Shown here piece by piece: positions 54,704 through 64,000 of a stretch of DNA of 64,000 bases. Within the stretch, counting starts at the first letter, position 1, and every line of letters begins with the position of its first letter. The stretch spans positions 424 to 64,423 of the forward strand of contig ONEG01000006.1 in assembly GCA_900316845.1 (NCBI GenBank). Reading direction: 5' to 3'. The position numbers and the translations under genes were made by a program. The DNA is from an uncultured Bacteroidales bacterium (GTDB lineage Bacteria > Bacteroidota > Bacteroidia > Bacteroidales > Paludibacteraceae). A model generated the notes under the pieces. That model was given only the letters and a program-made list of their open reading frames with translations. It was not told the origin of the DNA and searched no databases.

Positions 54704-54735
54704 CAAAGGTACTACTTTTTTTTGAATTGAGCAAA
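54704..54735 (-). promoter_or_regulatory. Bacteroidota-type promoter for dnaA (TTTG-N20-TACCTTTG on the minus strand)
   Basis: caaaggta at 54704..54711 and caaa at 54732..54735 are the plus-strand complements of the motifs. Confidence 0.6.
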
Positions 54736-55030
54736 TGTCAAGTTAAGTTGTTAAAAAACAAGAATGCGTAACATCCTGATTTTTCGGGAGTTACGCATAA
54801 ATATGCCTATTTTCAGGGGTTTACACGAAATGGCGTTTCGTAAGTTGCTGATTTTCAGTGGTTTTTATATATGCAAGAGCAAAATAATTTTTTGTTAATA
54901 ATTTTTATAAGACACTGATAATAAGCACGATGAATTTTGTTGAAAATATTTTCAGTTTATAAAATCTACAAATTGCGGAACGCGTGTTCCACAGTTTTTT
55001 TTGAGCATTTTATACCCTTTTTTTCGGTTG

Positions 55031-55948
55031 CTATTTATCCTTGCGTCCGAAGACGGAGAAATGGACATAACGCTTGGGGTGTGCCTTGATATCCGTGAGG
55101 AGCGAATCGGCAGAAACGATGGTAGCATCGATGTGCTGCAGGATCGGCGATTTGACTTGTGCAACAACGTTATTGATGTTATCGACGGCATCATCCACTT
55201 TGGCGACGGTTGCTTTGAGATTAGCATCTTTGATGTCCGCCACGACAGTATTGAGGTTGGCGATGGCGGTATCGGCGTTATTGACGATCCGCGGCACTTG
55301 GTTATTCATCATCCCTTTGAGGTCATGCGAGACGGAAGATAGGTCTCCGGAGACGCGATCTACGTTCGCAAGGGTGTTTTTGATATGATTGCCTTCGACC
55401 TGTCCGCGCAGACCCGCCACAAGCGAATCCACACCATGGATTGTCTGATCCACATCCTGGATAGCGCTATCCAGATGCGCGAGGAGCTCACCCTGCAGGT
55501 TCTCCATGAGACCCGGGACGTATGTCGTGGGAAGGAAAGAGCCTTTTTGAATGTTGGAATGAGCCGCTTCGCTTAATGATGCACCCTCGGTGCCTAATGA
55601 TGAATTCGGCAGTTGGAGTTCGATCGCCATGCCACCGAGCAGACCATCTGAAATGAGCGCCATACGGGTTCCTTGAGGCAGGACGATGTCGCGGTTGATG
55701 GAGATGTCGATGGTGAAAGCGCTGTCGCGTGTGTAGTCATAACGGATGGCATCCACCTGTCCCACTTTATGGCCTCGGATATAGACCGCTGCTTGTTCTT
55801 CCAAACCATGCAGATGGGCATAGGTGCCATGAAAACTATTGGTTGGCGAGAAGATATTCACGCCTTTGAGGAAGTTAAAACCAAAGAACAACAGGAAAAG
55901 ACAAACTGCGGCCAGGATGCCAACTTTTATTTCACGTGTATGTTTCAT
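55031..55948 (-). CDS. mlaD: MlaD/MCE family protein
   Basis: N-terminal anchor KVGILAAVCLFLLFFGFNFLKG, an MCE-like beta domain and a helical C-terminus. Confidence 0.8.
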   Translation of the reverse strand: MKHTREIKVGILAAVCLFLLFFGFNFLKGVNIFSPTNSFHGTYAHLHGLEEQAAVYIRGHKVGQVDAIRYDYTRDSAFTIDISINRDIVLPQGTRMALISDGLLGGMAIELQLPNSSLGTEGASLSEAAHSNIQKGSFLPTTYVPGLMENLQGELLAHLDSAIQDVDQTIHGVDSLVAGLRGQVEGNHIKNTLANVDRVSGDLSSVSHDLKGMMNNQVPRIVNNADTAIANLNTVVADIKDANLKATVAKVDDAVDNINNVVAQVKSPILQHIDATIVSADSLLTDIKAHPKRYVHFSVFGRKDK

Positions 55949-55995
55949 AATTCAGTATTCAGTATTCAGTAATCAGTATTCAGTTATCAGTAATT
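55949..55995. repeat. 8-nt tandem repeat (ATTCAGTA-like, about 5.5 units) abutting the mlaD start codon
   Basis: Reads aattcagtattcagtattcagtaatcagtattcagttatcagtaatta. Confidence 0.9.
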
Positions 55996-57085
55996 ATTTT
56001 TCCACTTTGATGATCCAACAATCAGGGAAGAGGGATTTGAGTTCTTGTTGTGCGGTCTGCACTTTGGCGCGGTCGGTATCCGCTGCCGTGTAATATTTGT
56101 ACCACTCACCGACTTGGATGAACTCGCAGGTCCGGCCTTTGAGTTTGGGGTCGTTGGGAGCAAGAGGAGTCTTGGATGCGCAAATTTGCACCGCATAGTA
56201 CGTCTGTGGCTGTTGCCCCTTGTTTAATACGCTTTTACTCTCGATCCGATTCTCTCTCGATAGTGTCTCGCCAGTCTGATTTGGCGTCTCTACGGCCATC
56301 TCGGTGGTGTCGATAGCGAGGCTCTCTTGGCGTACTGCCTGTTTATGAGTGTACGCGCCAAAGGCGTTGACGATGGCATTCGCCATCTGGGCGATGGAGG
56401 CAGGTTGGTTGAGGAAACGCTCTTCTTCGGGGTTGGAGATGAAGCCCATCTCAAAGAGGATGGACGGACAGGCAGTTTTGAGAAGTACCCAGAAGGCGGC
56501 TTGCCGCACGCCGCGGTCTTCCCGATTGAGGTGTCCGACGAAGCGTTTCTGGACTTGCTCGGCAAAACGCAAGGATTGATCCATATAACTGTTCTGCATG
56601 AGTTCGAACATGATATAGGAGTCGATGGAGTTTGGGTCGAAACCCTGGTAGGTTGTTTTATAATCCGCCTCGAGTTTCATTACGGCGTTCTCACGCATCG
56701 CCACGTCGAGGTTTTTCTCCATTTTCTCGGTTCCGAGGATAAAGGTCTCCACGCCACAAGGCGCTTTGTTCTCCGAAGAGTTGGTGTGGATGGAGATAAA
56801 GAGGTCTGCGTTATTCTTGTTGGCTATATCCGCACGGGTCTGCAAAGGGATGAAGACATCCGTGGAACGGGTATAAACGACGTTGACGTCGGGGTATTGT
56901 TCGTTGAGTTTCTTGCCGATCTCGAGCACGAGCTTGAGGTTAAGATCTTTCTCCTGTGAGAATTTCCCGACCGCTCCGGGGTCTTTGCCTCCATGCCCGG
57001 CATCCAGAACGACGGTATATTGTTTCTCCGCTGCCAGAGGCAGGAAGAAGAAAGAAAGGAATGCAATAAAAAGATATTTCCGCAT
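55994..57085 (-). CDS. N-acetylmuramoyl-L-alanine amidase (Amidase_3) with C-terminal SPOR-like domain
   Basis: Contains VVLDAGHGGKDPGAVG and ISIHTNS. The C-terminal YYAVQICASK...WYKYYT stretch resembles SPOR. Confidence 0.88.
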   Translation of the reverse strand: MRKYLFIAFLSFFFLPLAAEKQYTVVLDAGHGGKDPGAVGKFSQEKDLNLKLVLEIGKKLNEQYPDVNVVYTRSTDVFIPLQTRADIANKNNADLFISIHTNSSENKAPCGVETFILGTEKMEKNLDVAMRENAVMKLEADYKTTYQGFDPNSIDSYIMFELMQNSYMDQSLRFAEQVQKRFVGHLNREDRGVRQAAFWVLLKTACPSILFEMGFISNPEEERFLNQPASIAQMANAIVNAFGAYTHKQAVRQESLAIDTTEMAVETPNQTGETLSRENRIESKSVLNKGQQPQTYYAVQICASKTPLAPNDPKLKGRTCEFIQVGEWYKYYTAADTDRAKVQTAQQELKSLFPDCWIIKVEK

Positions 57086-57291
57086 AATTAGCCAATTTAA
57101 CCGATTGCAAAATTACAAAAAAAGTTGCATATAGACAAGAGTCTATCGCAGTTAGGTCAAAAAATATGCCAAAAATGCACTTTTTTCATTTTTTTTGCGC
57201 GCGGGCTTGCGTATATAAAAAAAAAGTAGTAACTTTGCGGTCGCGTTTGATTTATGTGTACATACACCCACACGAACCCAAAAGAATAAAG

Positions 57292-59526
57292 ATGCAAAAG
57301 AGCGAGTTTTCACAGGAAGAAGATCTGATGATCCAACGCGAGTTTGAGGCGTTGTTGGACGATTACGCGCATACTCTTCACCGCCAGAAAGTGGAGCTGA
57401 TTACTCATGCCTTTAATTTTGCTTACAAGGCTCATTATGGCGTTCGTCGTCTGAGCGGCGAGCCGTATATCATGCATCCCCTCGCTGTCGCGCGTATCTG
57501 CGTGAAGGAGATTGGTTTGGGCAGTACGAGTATCTGCTCGGCGTTGTTGCACGACGTGGTGGAAGATACGGATTACACGGTAGAGGATATCGCGGGGCTT
57601 TTCGGCGACAAGATTGCGCAGATAGTAGATGGATTGACGAAGATCAGCGGTGGTGTGTTCGGCGACCGCGCGAGTGAGCAAGCGGAGAACTTCCGTAAGC
57701 TGCTGTTGACCATCAGCGAAGATATCCGTGTGGTGCTGATCAAGATAGCGGATAGGTTGCATAACATGCGTACCTTGGGTTCGCAGCCGAAAGACAAACA
57801 ATACAAGATCGCCGGCGAGACGCAGTATATCTACGCACCGCTGGCCCATCGTCTGGGACTTTTCCCTATCAAGACAGAATTAGAGGACCTGAGTTTCCGT
57901 TACGAGCATCCGGAGACCTGGCAGGAGATACACGACAAGTTAGAGGCCATCAAAGCCAGCAAGTTAGAGAGCTACGAGGTGTTCTCGAAGCCTATTCGCG
58001 AGCGGTTGGAGAGCATGGGTTACACGTTTACAATGAAGGCCCGCATCAAAACCGCCTACTCGATCTGGAAGAAGATGATGCGGCAACAATGCGCTTTCGA
58101 GGATGTGTACGACATCATGGCCGTGCGAATCGTGTTCACGCCGAACGAGTCGATGAGCGAGAAAGACCAGTGTTGGATGATCTACTCGGCTATCACGGAG
58201 ATTTACCGTCCTCACCCGGAGCGTATCCGCGACTGGATCTCCACGCCGAAAGCCAATGGTTACGAGGCTTTGCACGTGACGGTCATGGGTAAGAACGGCG
58301 AATGGGTCGAAGTACAGATACGTACCGACCGGATGAATGAGATAGCGGAGCATGGTTATGCAGCGCACTGGAAATACAAGACCGGTGAGTCGGACGACAG
58401 CGAGCTCGATAAATGGCTGCAGGAGATCAAGGAGATCCTTGCGCATCCGGACAAAGATGCGATGGAGTTCCTCGGCACGTTCAAGCTGAATCTGTTTGCG
58501 CAAGAGGTGTTCGTGTTCACGCCGAAAGGCGAGATCAAGACGATGCCGCTCGGTGCTACAGCGCTGGACTTCGCGTTCATGTTGCACTCGGAGTTAGGCG
58601 AACACTGTATCGGCGCGAAAGTGAACCATAACTTAGTGCCGCTGTCGTATCAGTTGAAAGGCGGCGACCAGATAGAGATCCTCACGTCGAACAGCCAACA
58701 TCCGCAGAAAGAATGGCTCAAGCTCGTCACGACCGCCAAAGCGCGAAACTGTCTGAACCAGTATTTCAAACGCGAAGAGCGCAAATACATGAAGCATGGC
58801 GAGCGGCTTGTGGCGGACGCTATCAGCATGGATAAAGACCTCGCCGCCAACCCGGAAAAGAGTTTGGCACGATTATTGGACTACTATGGTTCGGAATCCC
58901 TTTCGGAACTCTATACAGCGATCGGCCAAGGGTCCATCCGATTGACGAACATCCACGACATCGTGTTCCCGAAGCGAGGATTGCTGTCTTACATCCCGTT
59001 CATCGGCAAGAAAGATACGCCGGTCAACGAGCGCAACGGAGAGAACCAGGAGATCGTCAAGCCGAAAAAAGGCTCGCACGCGATAGTGCTGACGGATGAG
59101 AACTTAGGGAAGGATTATCTGCTGAGCAACTGTTGCCATCCGATCCCGGGCGACGAGGTGTTGGGATTCCTGGACGAGAAAGGCCAGATGCATATTCACA
59201 AGGTGGACTGCCCGGAGGCGAATCTGCTGAAGACGAGTTACGGCAAACGGCTTTACTCCGCAACCTGGAACACCCACCGCGTGCAATCGTTCGTAGAGAC
59301 GATCGAACTGAAGGGAATAGACAAGTTCGGTGTGTTCATCCAGGTGTTGCAGACCATCACTACGGAGTTCCACATCAACATGCGCGCTATCCATATGTCC
59401 AGCGACGACGGCATCTTCCAAGGCACGATGGAGATCTACGTGTATGACAAGAGCGAATTGGAAGATCTGTTGAAGGCTATCAAAAAGATAGATGATATCA
59501 AAGAAGTAAGAAGAATTGACAATTGA
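57292..59526 (+). CDS. bifunctional (p)ppGpp synthetase/hydrolase, RelA/SpoT family
   Basis: HD domain HPLAVARI...HDVVEDT, and synthetase motifs MAVRIVF and YEALHVTV, followed by TGS and ACT-like regions. The ATG at 57292 lies downstream of a TAACTTTG box. Confidence 0.93.
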   Translation: MQKSEFSQEEDLMIQREFEALLDDYAHTLHRQKVELITHAFNFAYKAHYGVRRLSGEPYIMHPLAVARICVKEIGLGSTSICSALLHDVVEDTDYTVEDIAGLFGDKIAQIVDGLTKISGGVFGDRASEQAENFRKLLLTISEDIRVVLIKIADRLHNMRTLGSQPKDKQYKIAGETQYIYAPLAHRLGLFPIKTELEDLSFRYEHPETWQEIHDKLEAIKASKLESYEVFSKPIRERLESMGYTFTMKARIKTAYSIWKKMMRQQCAFEDVYDIMAVRIVFTPNESMSEKDQCWMIYSAITEIYRPHPERIRDWISTPKANGYEALHVTVMGKNGEWVEVQIRTDRMNEIAEHGYAAHWKYKTGESDDSELDKWLQEIKEILAHPDKDAMEFLGTFKLNLFAQEVFVFTPKGEIKTMPLGATALDFAFMLHSELGEHCIGAKVNHNLVPLSYQLKGGDQIEILTSNSQHPQKEWLKLVTTAKARNCLNQYFKREERKYMKHGERLVADAISMDKDLAANPEKSLARLLDYYGSESLSELYTAIGQGSIRLTNIHDIVFPKRGLLSYIPFIGKKDTPVNERNGENQEIVKPKKGSHAIVLTDENLGKDYLLSNCCHPIPGDEVLGFLDEKGQMHIHKVDCPEANLLKTSYGKRLYSATWNTHRVQSFVETIELKGIDKFGVFIQVLQTITTEFHINMRAIHMSSDDGIFQGTMEIYVYDKSELEDLLKAIKKIDDIKEVRRIDN

Positions 59527-59551
59527 TATTTTTAACATTAAGGAATTTTAT

Positions 59552-60631
59552 ATGAAAAAGATTTTCAGTACTCTCTTCATGGCTCTCACGGCAGTAGCCA
59601 TGATGGCACAACAGCCAGTGATTACATTTGAGAAGACCGAGCACGATTTCGGCAAGATCAACGAGGCCGACGGTCGTGTATCCACCGTTTTTGAGTTTAA
59701 GAACGAAGGAATGGCTCCGTTGGTATTAAGCAACGTCCGCGCGAGTTGCGGTTGCACCACTCCGACCTGGACGAAAGAGCCGATTGAGCCGGGACAGACC
59801 GGTAGTATCACCGTCACTTACAACCCAAACGGCCGTCCGGGACGTTTCCAGAAGACTGTTACCATCACTTCCAATGCTACAGAGGCAACAAAGCGCGTGT
59901 ATATCAAAGGTGAAGTGATCCCGAAGGCAGCCAAACCGGCCAACAAATACAACGTGGCAGTAGGTGCGCTGAACATGAAGACTAAGACACTGGATCTCGG
60001 TACAATCAAGAAAGGCGAGAACAAATCCGGCGAGTTGGAGTACGCTAATCTCGGCAAGGATGCTCACCACGTAGAGTTGGCTACCAACGGCGCTGACGCT
60101 TACCTGATCAACCAAGTGACACTGGCAGACGTGAAAGCCAATGAGACCGGAAAATTCGTCTTCGCTATCGATAGCAAGAACCCGAAACTGTATGGTCCGC
60201 AAGAGGCTTATGCATTCGTGGTTATCGACGGGAAGAAAGAGATCGACGAGACACACAAGCTGACCATCAAAGCCAATATCGTAGAGGACTTCAGCGGTCT
60301 GAGCGTAGAGGAGAAACAGCAGGCTCCGATTATCGAGCTGCCGGCTGAGTTCAACGCAGGCAAGGTGGCAGCAGGCAAGAACCTGAAGTTCTCGTTGCCG
60401 ATCAAGAATATCGGTGTGAACCCGCTGGAGATTCGTCGCGCATATGCTGCTGACAAGGCGGTGAACGTGAAACAGCCGAAAGCCGTTAAGTCCGGCAAGA
60501 AAGGTTCGATCGCAGTGGAGATCAACACCAAAGGTATGAATCCGGGTGCTTACGGCCGCGAGGTGGTTGTCATCACCAACGACTACATGAACCCGATCAA
60601 ACGCGTGAAAGTCAACTTCGTTGTTGAATAA
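59552..60631 (+). CDS. DUF1573 domain protein (three tandem domains), secreted
   Basis: Signal peptide MKKIFSTLFMALTAVAMMAQQ and RASCGCTTPTWTKEPIEPGQTGSITVTYNP, typical of DUF1573. Confidence 0.8.
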   Translation: MKKIFSTLFMALTAVAMMAQQPVITFEKTEHDFGKINEADGRVSTVFEFKNEGMAPLVLSNVRASCGCTTPTWTKEPIEPGQTGSITVTYNPNGRPGRFQKTVTITSNATEATKRVYIKGEVIPKAAKPANKYNVAVGALNMKTKTLDLGTIKKGENKSGELEYANLGKDAHHVELATNGADAYLINQVTLADVKANETGKFVFAIDSKNPKLYGPQEAYAFVVIDGKKEIDETHKLTIKANIVEDFSGLSVEEKQQAPIIELPAEFNAGKVAAGKNLKFSLPIKNIGVNPLEIRRAYAADKAVNVKQPKAVKSGKKGSIAVEINTKGMNPGAYGREVVVITNDYMNPIKRVKVNFVVE

Positions 60632-61728
60632 TGATAGACCATCCCGAAAATAGTGCAGAATACAAGGGGCTGACGGTGAATGCGGGTGTTGAGAACCTGC
60701 CATCCGTCAATCCGTATGCGACTTTCCGGCGCAAGAAGACGGTGCTTACCCCCGAAGAGTATTTCGAGGGTATTCGCCGTGGCGACATGACGATTCTGAG
60801 TCAGGCGGTGACGCTGGTGGAGAGTAATCTGTTAGCGGATCAGGCGATTGCGCAGAAAGTGATAGAGCTGTGCCTGCCCTACGCAGGTAACTCGATTCGC
60901 GTGGGTATCACCGGTGTGCCGGGAGCAGGCAAATCGACCTTTATTGAGGCCTTAGGAAGCGAACTTTGCGACCATGGCAAGAAACTTGCCGTGTTGGCGA
61001 TAGACCCGTCGAGCGAACGCAGCAAGGGTTCGATCTTAGGCGACAAGACCCGTATGAACGAGCTCTCCGTGAAGTCCAATGCGTTTATCCGCCCCAGCCC
61101 GTCGGCCGGTTCGTTAGGCGGCGTGGCGCGTAAGACGCGCGAGACGATCGTGCTATGCGAGGCAGCGGGGTTTGACACGATCCTACTGGAGACCGTCGGT
61201 GTCGGTCAATCCGAGACGGCAGCACACTCCATGGTGGATTATTTCCTGTTGCTGCAGGTAACCGGCACGGGTGATGAACTGCAAGGCATCAAACGCGGTA
61301 TCATGGAGATGGCGGACGGTATAGCTATCAATAAATGCGATGGTAATAATATAGAACGTGCGCGTGCTGCGCGCGTGAGTTTCAAGAATGCGCTGATGCT
61401 CTTCCCGCCCTCTGAATCCGGATGGAAACCCGAGGCTATCTGTTGCTCCTCGATCGACCATTCGGGCGTCATGGAGGTTTGGCAGAATATCGAAGAGTAT
61501 ATCGCTTTCACGAAAGAGAACGGTTATTTTGATGCGCACCGCACGGAGCAAGCCAAGTACTGGATGTACGAGACGATCAATCAGGCGCTGCTGGACGGTT
61601 TCTACAAGAACGAACAGATGGAGCACCAGATAGAAGTAGCCGAGCGGCAAGTGCTCAATAACGAGATCAGCAGCTTTATCGCTGCGCACAACCTAATCAC
61701 TACTTATGGCAGGATTAACCAAAAATAA
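60631..61728 (+). CDS. meaB: methylmalonyl-CoA mutase-associated G3E GTPase MeaB/ArgK
   Basis: P-loop GITGVPGAGKSTFIEALG, plus ETVGVGQSE and INKCD motifs. Confidence 0.9.
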   Translation: MIDHPENSAEYKGLTVNAGVENLPSVNPYATFRRKKTVLTPEEYFEGIRRGDMTILSQAVTLVESNLLADQAIAQKVIELCLPYAGNSIRVGITGVPGAGKSTFIEALGSELCDHGKKLAVLAIDPSSERSKGSILGDKTRMNELSVKSNAFIRPSPSAGSLGGVARKTRETIVLCEAAGFDTILLETVGVGQSETAAHSMVDYFLLLQVTGTGDELQGIKRGIMEMADGIAINKCDGNNIERARAARVSFKNALMLFPPSESGWKPEAICCSSIDHSGVMEVWQNIEEYIAFTKENGYFDAHRTEQAKYWMYETINQALLDGFYKNEQMEHQIEVAERQVLNNEISSFIAAHNLITTYGRINQK

Positions 61729-63229
61729 CAAACGCACTCCTCAGACCACCATTATCAAAGTGGGAACCAACGAAGCCGGCAAACTCCCCCCTCAGGCACA
61801 GGAGTTGGAAGACTCGGTATTGGGTGCCCTGATGATCGAGAAAGATGCCTACGGAACGGTAGCGGATCTGCTGCGTCCGGAGGTATTCTATAAGGATCAG
61901 AACCGGCTGGTTTACGAGGCTATCCGTGAGTTGGCAGGTAAAGACCAACCGATTGACATGCTGTCTGTAGGCGAGAAGATGCGTTCATTAGGCACGCTGG
62001 AGAAAGCCGGCGGCGCCGTCTATCTGGCTGATTTGACCCGCCGTGTGGCTTCCACAGCTCACCTGCGTTATCATGCAGAGATCATTGCGAAGAAGGCTAC
62101 CGCGCGTGATGTGATCGCACTCGCAGCACAAATAGAGGAGATGGGATTCGATGAGACCCAAGATGTGGATGAGCTGATGCAGACAGCGGAGGCGGGCATT
62201 TTTGAGATCTCGCAACGCTCGCAGAAACGCGACGTGACGCAGATAGACCCGGTGATTGAAGAGGCTTTCAAACGTATGGAGAAAGCGGCGATGAACACCG
62301 GTTCGATCTCCGGTATTCCTTCGGGATTCCATGCCTTGGATAAGATCACATCGGGTTGGCAGTCTCCGGATCTCGTGATCATCGCTGCGCGACCGGCGAT
62401 GGGTAAGACCGCTTTTGTGCTCTCGATGGCGAAGAACATGGCTATCGACCGTGAGATACCGACAGCCGTCTTCTCGCTGGAGATGAGTAACGTACAGCTC
62501 GTGAACCGTCTGATCATGAATGTGTGCGAGTTGGAAGGCGACAAGATCAAGACAGGAAAGATGAGCAAAGAGGATGCCAAACGACTCAATACAAAGATCA
62601 ATATCATGAAGGGTAAGCCGCTCTATCTGGACGACACCCCTTCCCTCTCGATCTTTGAGTTGCGCTCCAAAGCCCGTAAGTTGGTTCGCGAGCATGACGT
62701 CAAGATCATCATCATCGACTACCTGCAGCTGATGAACGCGCAGGGGACATCTTTCGGCAGCCGTGAGCAGGAGGTATCTATCATCTCACGCGGTCTGAAA
62801 GGCTTGGCCAAAGAGTTGGACATCCCAATTATCGCCCTCTCACAGCTGAACCGTGGTGTAGAGGCTCGTCAGGGTGTGGAAGGTAAGACGCCGCAGTTGA
62901 GCGACCTTCGTGAGTCGGGTGCCATCGAGCAGGATGCCGACTTGGTTTGCTTCATCCACCGCCCCGAATACTACCATCTCTACAACGATGACAAGACCGG
63001 AAAAGACCTGCGTGGGTTGGGTCAGATCATCGTAGCGAAGCACCGTAACGGTGCTACAGACAGTATCTGGCTGCGGTTCCGGGGCAAGTACGCGAAGTTC
63101 CAGAACGAGGACGACGCTATCGATCCGGAGGAGTTGGGCGCTCCTATACCGCCGACACCGGAGAACACCGTATCTATCCAATCCAGCATGAACGGCATGG
63201 GAGAAGATATTAGTCAGTATAATTTATAA
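61706..63229 (+). CDS. dnaB: replicative DNA helicase DnaB
   Basis: Walker A AARPAMGKTAFVLSMA, Walker B IIIIDYLQLM, and SQLNR. Confidence 0.95.
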   Translation: MAGLTKNNKRTPQTTIIKVGTNEAGKLPPQAQELEDSVLGALMIEKDAYGTVADLLRPEVFYKDQNRLVYEAIRELAGKDQPIDMLSVGEKMRSLGTLEKAGGAVYLADLTRRVASTAHLRYHAEIIAKKATARDVIALAAQIEEMGFDETQDVDELMQTAEAGIFEISQRSQKRDVTQIDPVIEEAFKRMEKAAMNTGSISGIPSGFHALDKITSGWQSPDLVIIAARPAMGKTAFVLSMAKNMAIDREIPTAVFSLEMSNVQLVNRLIMNVCELEGDKIKTGKMSKEDAKRLNTKINIMKGKPLYLDDTPSLSIFELRSKARKLVREHDVKIIIIDYLQLMNAQGTSFGSREQEVSIISRGLKGLAKELDIPIIALSQLNRGVEARQGVEGKTPQLSDLRESGAIEQDADLVCFIHRPEYYHLYNDDKTGKDLRGLGQIIVAKHRNGATDSIWLRFRGKYAKFQNEDDAIDPEELGAPIPPTPENTVSIQSSMNGMGEDISQYNL

Positions 63230-63253
63230 TTTGAAATTTGAAATTTGAAATTA
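63228..63253. repeat. 8-nt tandem repeat AATTTGAA x3 in the asnS leader
   Basis: Reads aatttgaaatttgaaatttgaaatta, 5 nt upstream of the asnS ATG. Confidence 0.9.
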
Positions 63254-63258
63254 GATAT

Positions 63259-64000
63259 ATGCAAAGAACAGTAATCATAGACGCGTTAAAACGCACCGAT
63301 TTCGGGTCGGAGATTAACGTGCGAGGCTGGGTTCGCAGCCGTCGAGGCAACAAGAACGTCTCATTCATCGCCCTTAACGACGGCTCAACCATTAAGAACA
63401 TTCAGATCGTAGTGGATCTGGAGAAGTTTAGCGAGGAGCAACTGAAACCCGTTACGACGGGTTCGTGTATCTCCGCCACGGGTATCCTGGTAGAGAGCCA
63501 GGGAGCAGGTCAGGCCGTGGAGATCCAACTGACGGAGTTAGAGGTTTATGGCACCGCCGATCCGGAGAAATACCCGCTGCAGAAGAAAGGTCTGAGTATG
63601 GAGTTCCTGCGCACGGTAGCTCACCTGCGTCCGCGCACCAACACGTTTGGCACGGTCTTCCGCATTCGTCATAATATGGCAATGGCGATCCACACCTATT
63701 TCCACGAGCACGGCTATTTCTATTTCCATACGCCGCTGATTACCGCGTCGGATTGTGAAGGTGCCGGTCAGATGTTCCAGGTCACAACCAAGAACCTCTA
63801 TAACCTCAAGAAGGACGAAAACGGACAGATTGATTACTCCGATGACTTCTTCGGCAAACAGGCAGCGCTGACCGTCAGCGGCCAACTCGAGGGAGAGTTA
63901 GGCGCCATGGCGCTCGGTAAGATCTATACCTTCGGTCCTACTTTCCGCGCAGAGAACAGTAACACCCCGCGTCACTTGGCAGAGTTCTGGATGATTGAGC
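63259..64000 (+). CDS. asnS: asparagine--tRNA ligase (5' partial; runs off the window end)
   Basis: My hand translation reads [44 protein letters not shown]...[44 protein letters not shown]. There is no stop before 64000, so the ORF is not in the track. Confidence 0.9.
   Translation, partial: MQRTVIIDALKRTDFGSEINVRGWVRSRRGNKNVSFIALNDGSTIKNIQIVVDLEKFSEEQLKPVTTGSCISATGILVESQGAGQAVEIQLTELEVYGTADPEKYPLQKKGLSMEFLRTVAHLRPRTNTFGTVFRIRHNMAMAIHTYFHEHGYFYFHTPLITASDCEGAGQMFQVTTKNLYNLKKDENGQIDYSDDFFGKQAALTVSGQLEGELGAMALGKIYTFGPTFRAENSNTPRHLAEFWMIE

Noticed and set aside
54650-55030. Annotating this spacer as oriC because it is adjacent to dnaA
   Set aside because: There is no DnaA box within one mismatch of TTATCCACA and no obvious 13-mer-type AT-rich DUE repeats. 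GC skew cannot be evaluated from one window. It is reported only as a region to test.

Overview
This window looks like a Bacteroidota (Bacteroidales-like) chromosome segment. The evidence is TTTG / TAnnTTTG promoters, almost no Shine-Dalgarno sites, many lipoprotein signal peptides, and DUF1573 and class-3 FBPase genes. The core genes on the left (1..25011) are a NhaD-like permease, DedA, the tail of the dcw cluster (murC-ftsQ-ftsA-ftsZ), a PagL-like outer-membrane hydrolase, a GT2, two GH13 amylases, fabG, lptC, coaX, an acyl-CoA ligase and a rubredoxin + flavodiiron pair. The rubredoxin (52 aa) is absent from the ORF track. The core genes on the right (47323..64000) are a Ser/Thr kinase, fbp, groES-groEL, dnaA, mlaD, an amidase, relA/spoT, a DUF1573 protein, meaB, dnaB and partial asnS. 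Between them lies a ~22 kb AT-rich, compositionally mosaic accessory island (about 25.0..47.3 kb) with no integrase, transposase or tRNA in view. The island carries an AbiEi/AbiEii pair, three DUF262 (GmrSD-like) proteins, a DUF2779 Cas4-like/DEDD nuclease, an HExxH + WG-repeat protein and an AAA+ ATPase. It also carries Sel1, LRR and lipoprotein genes that may be immunity-like, and a DUF2752/DUF4190 membrane module. The most notable structure I can see directly is a cassette-like organisation. Six same-orientation copies of a junction element centred on CCCTAATTAGCC sit next to near-identical TAnnTTTG promoter blocks, with homologous 5' leaders and ACGA-rich degenerate tandem arrays nearby. 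Two gene modules are bracketed by direct repeats of this element (34/38 and 50/51 identities). The best candidate for an undescribed system is the co-directional seven-gene cluster 33071..42249. It contains two small ORFs, the HExxH-WG protein, a translationally coupled DUF262-DUF1524 / DUF262-only pair, the DUF2779 nuclease and a 195-aa protein. Other observations are two single in-frame TGA interruptions in otherwise intact island genes, a textbook sigma-54 type -24/-12 motif upstream of groES, octamer-period tandem repeats directly 5' of many start codons, and palindromic -33 regions shared by divergent promoters. All domain calls rest on motifs read by eye, and no database search was run.
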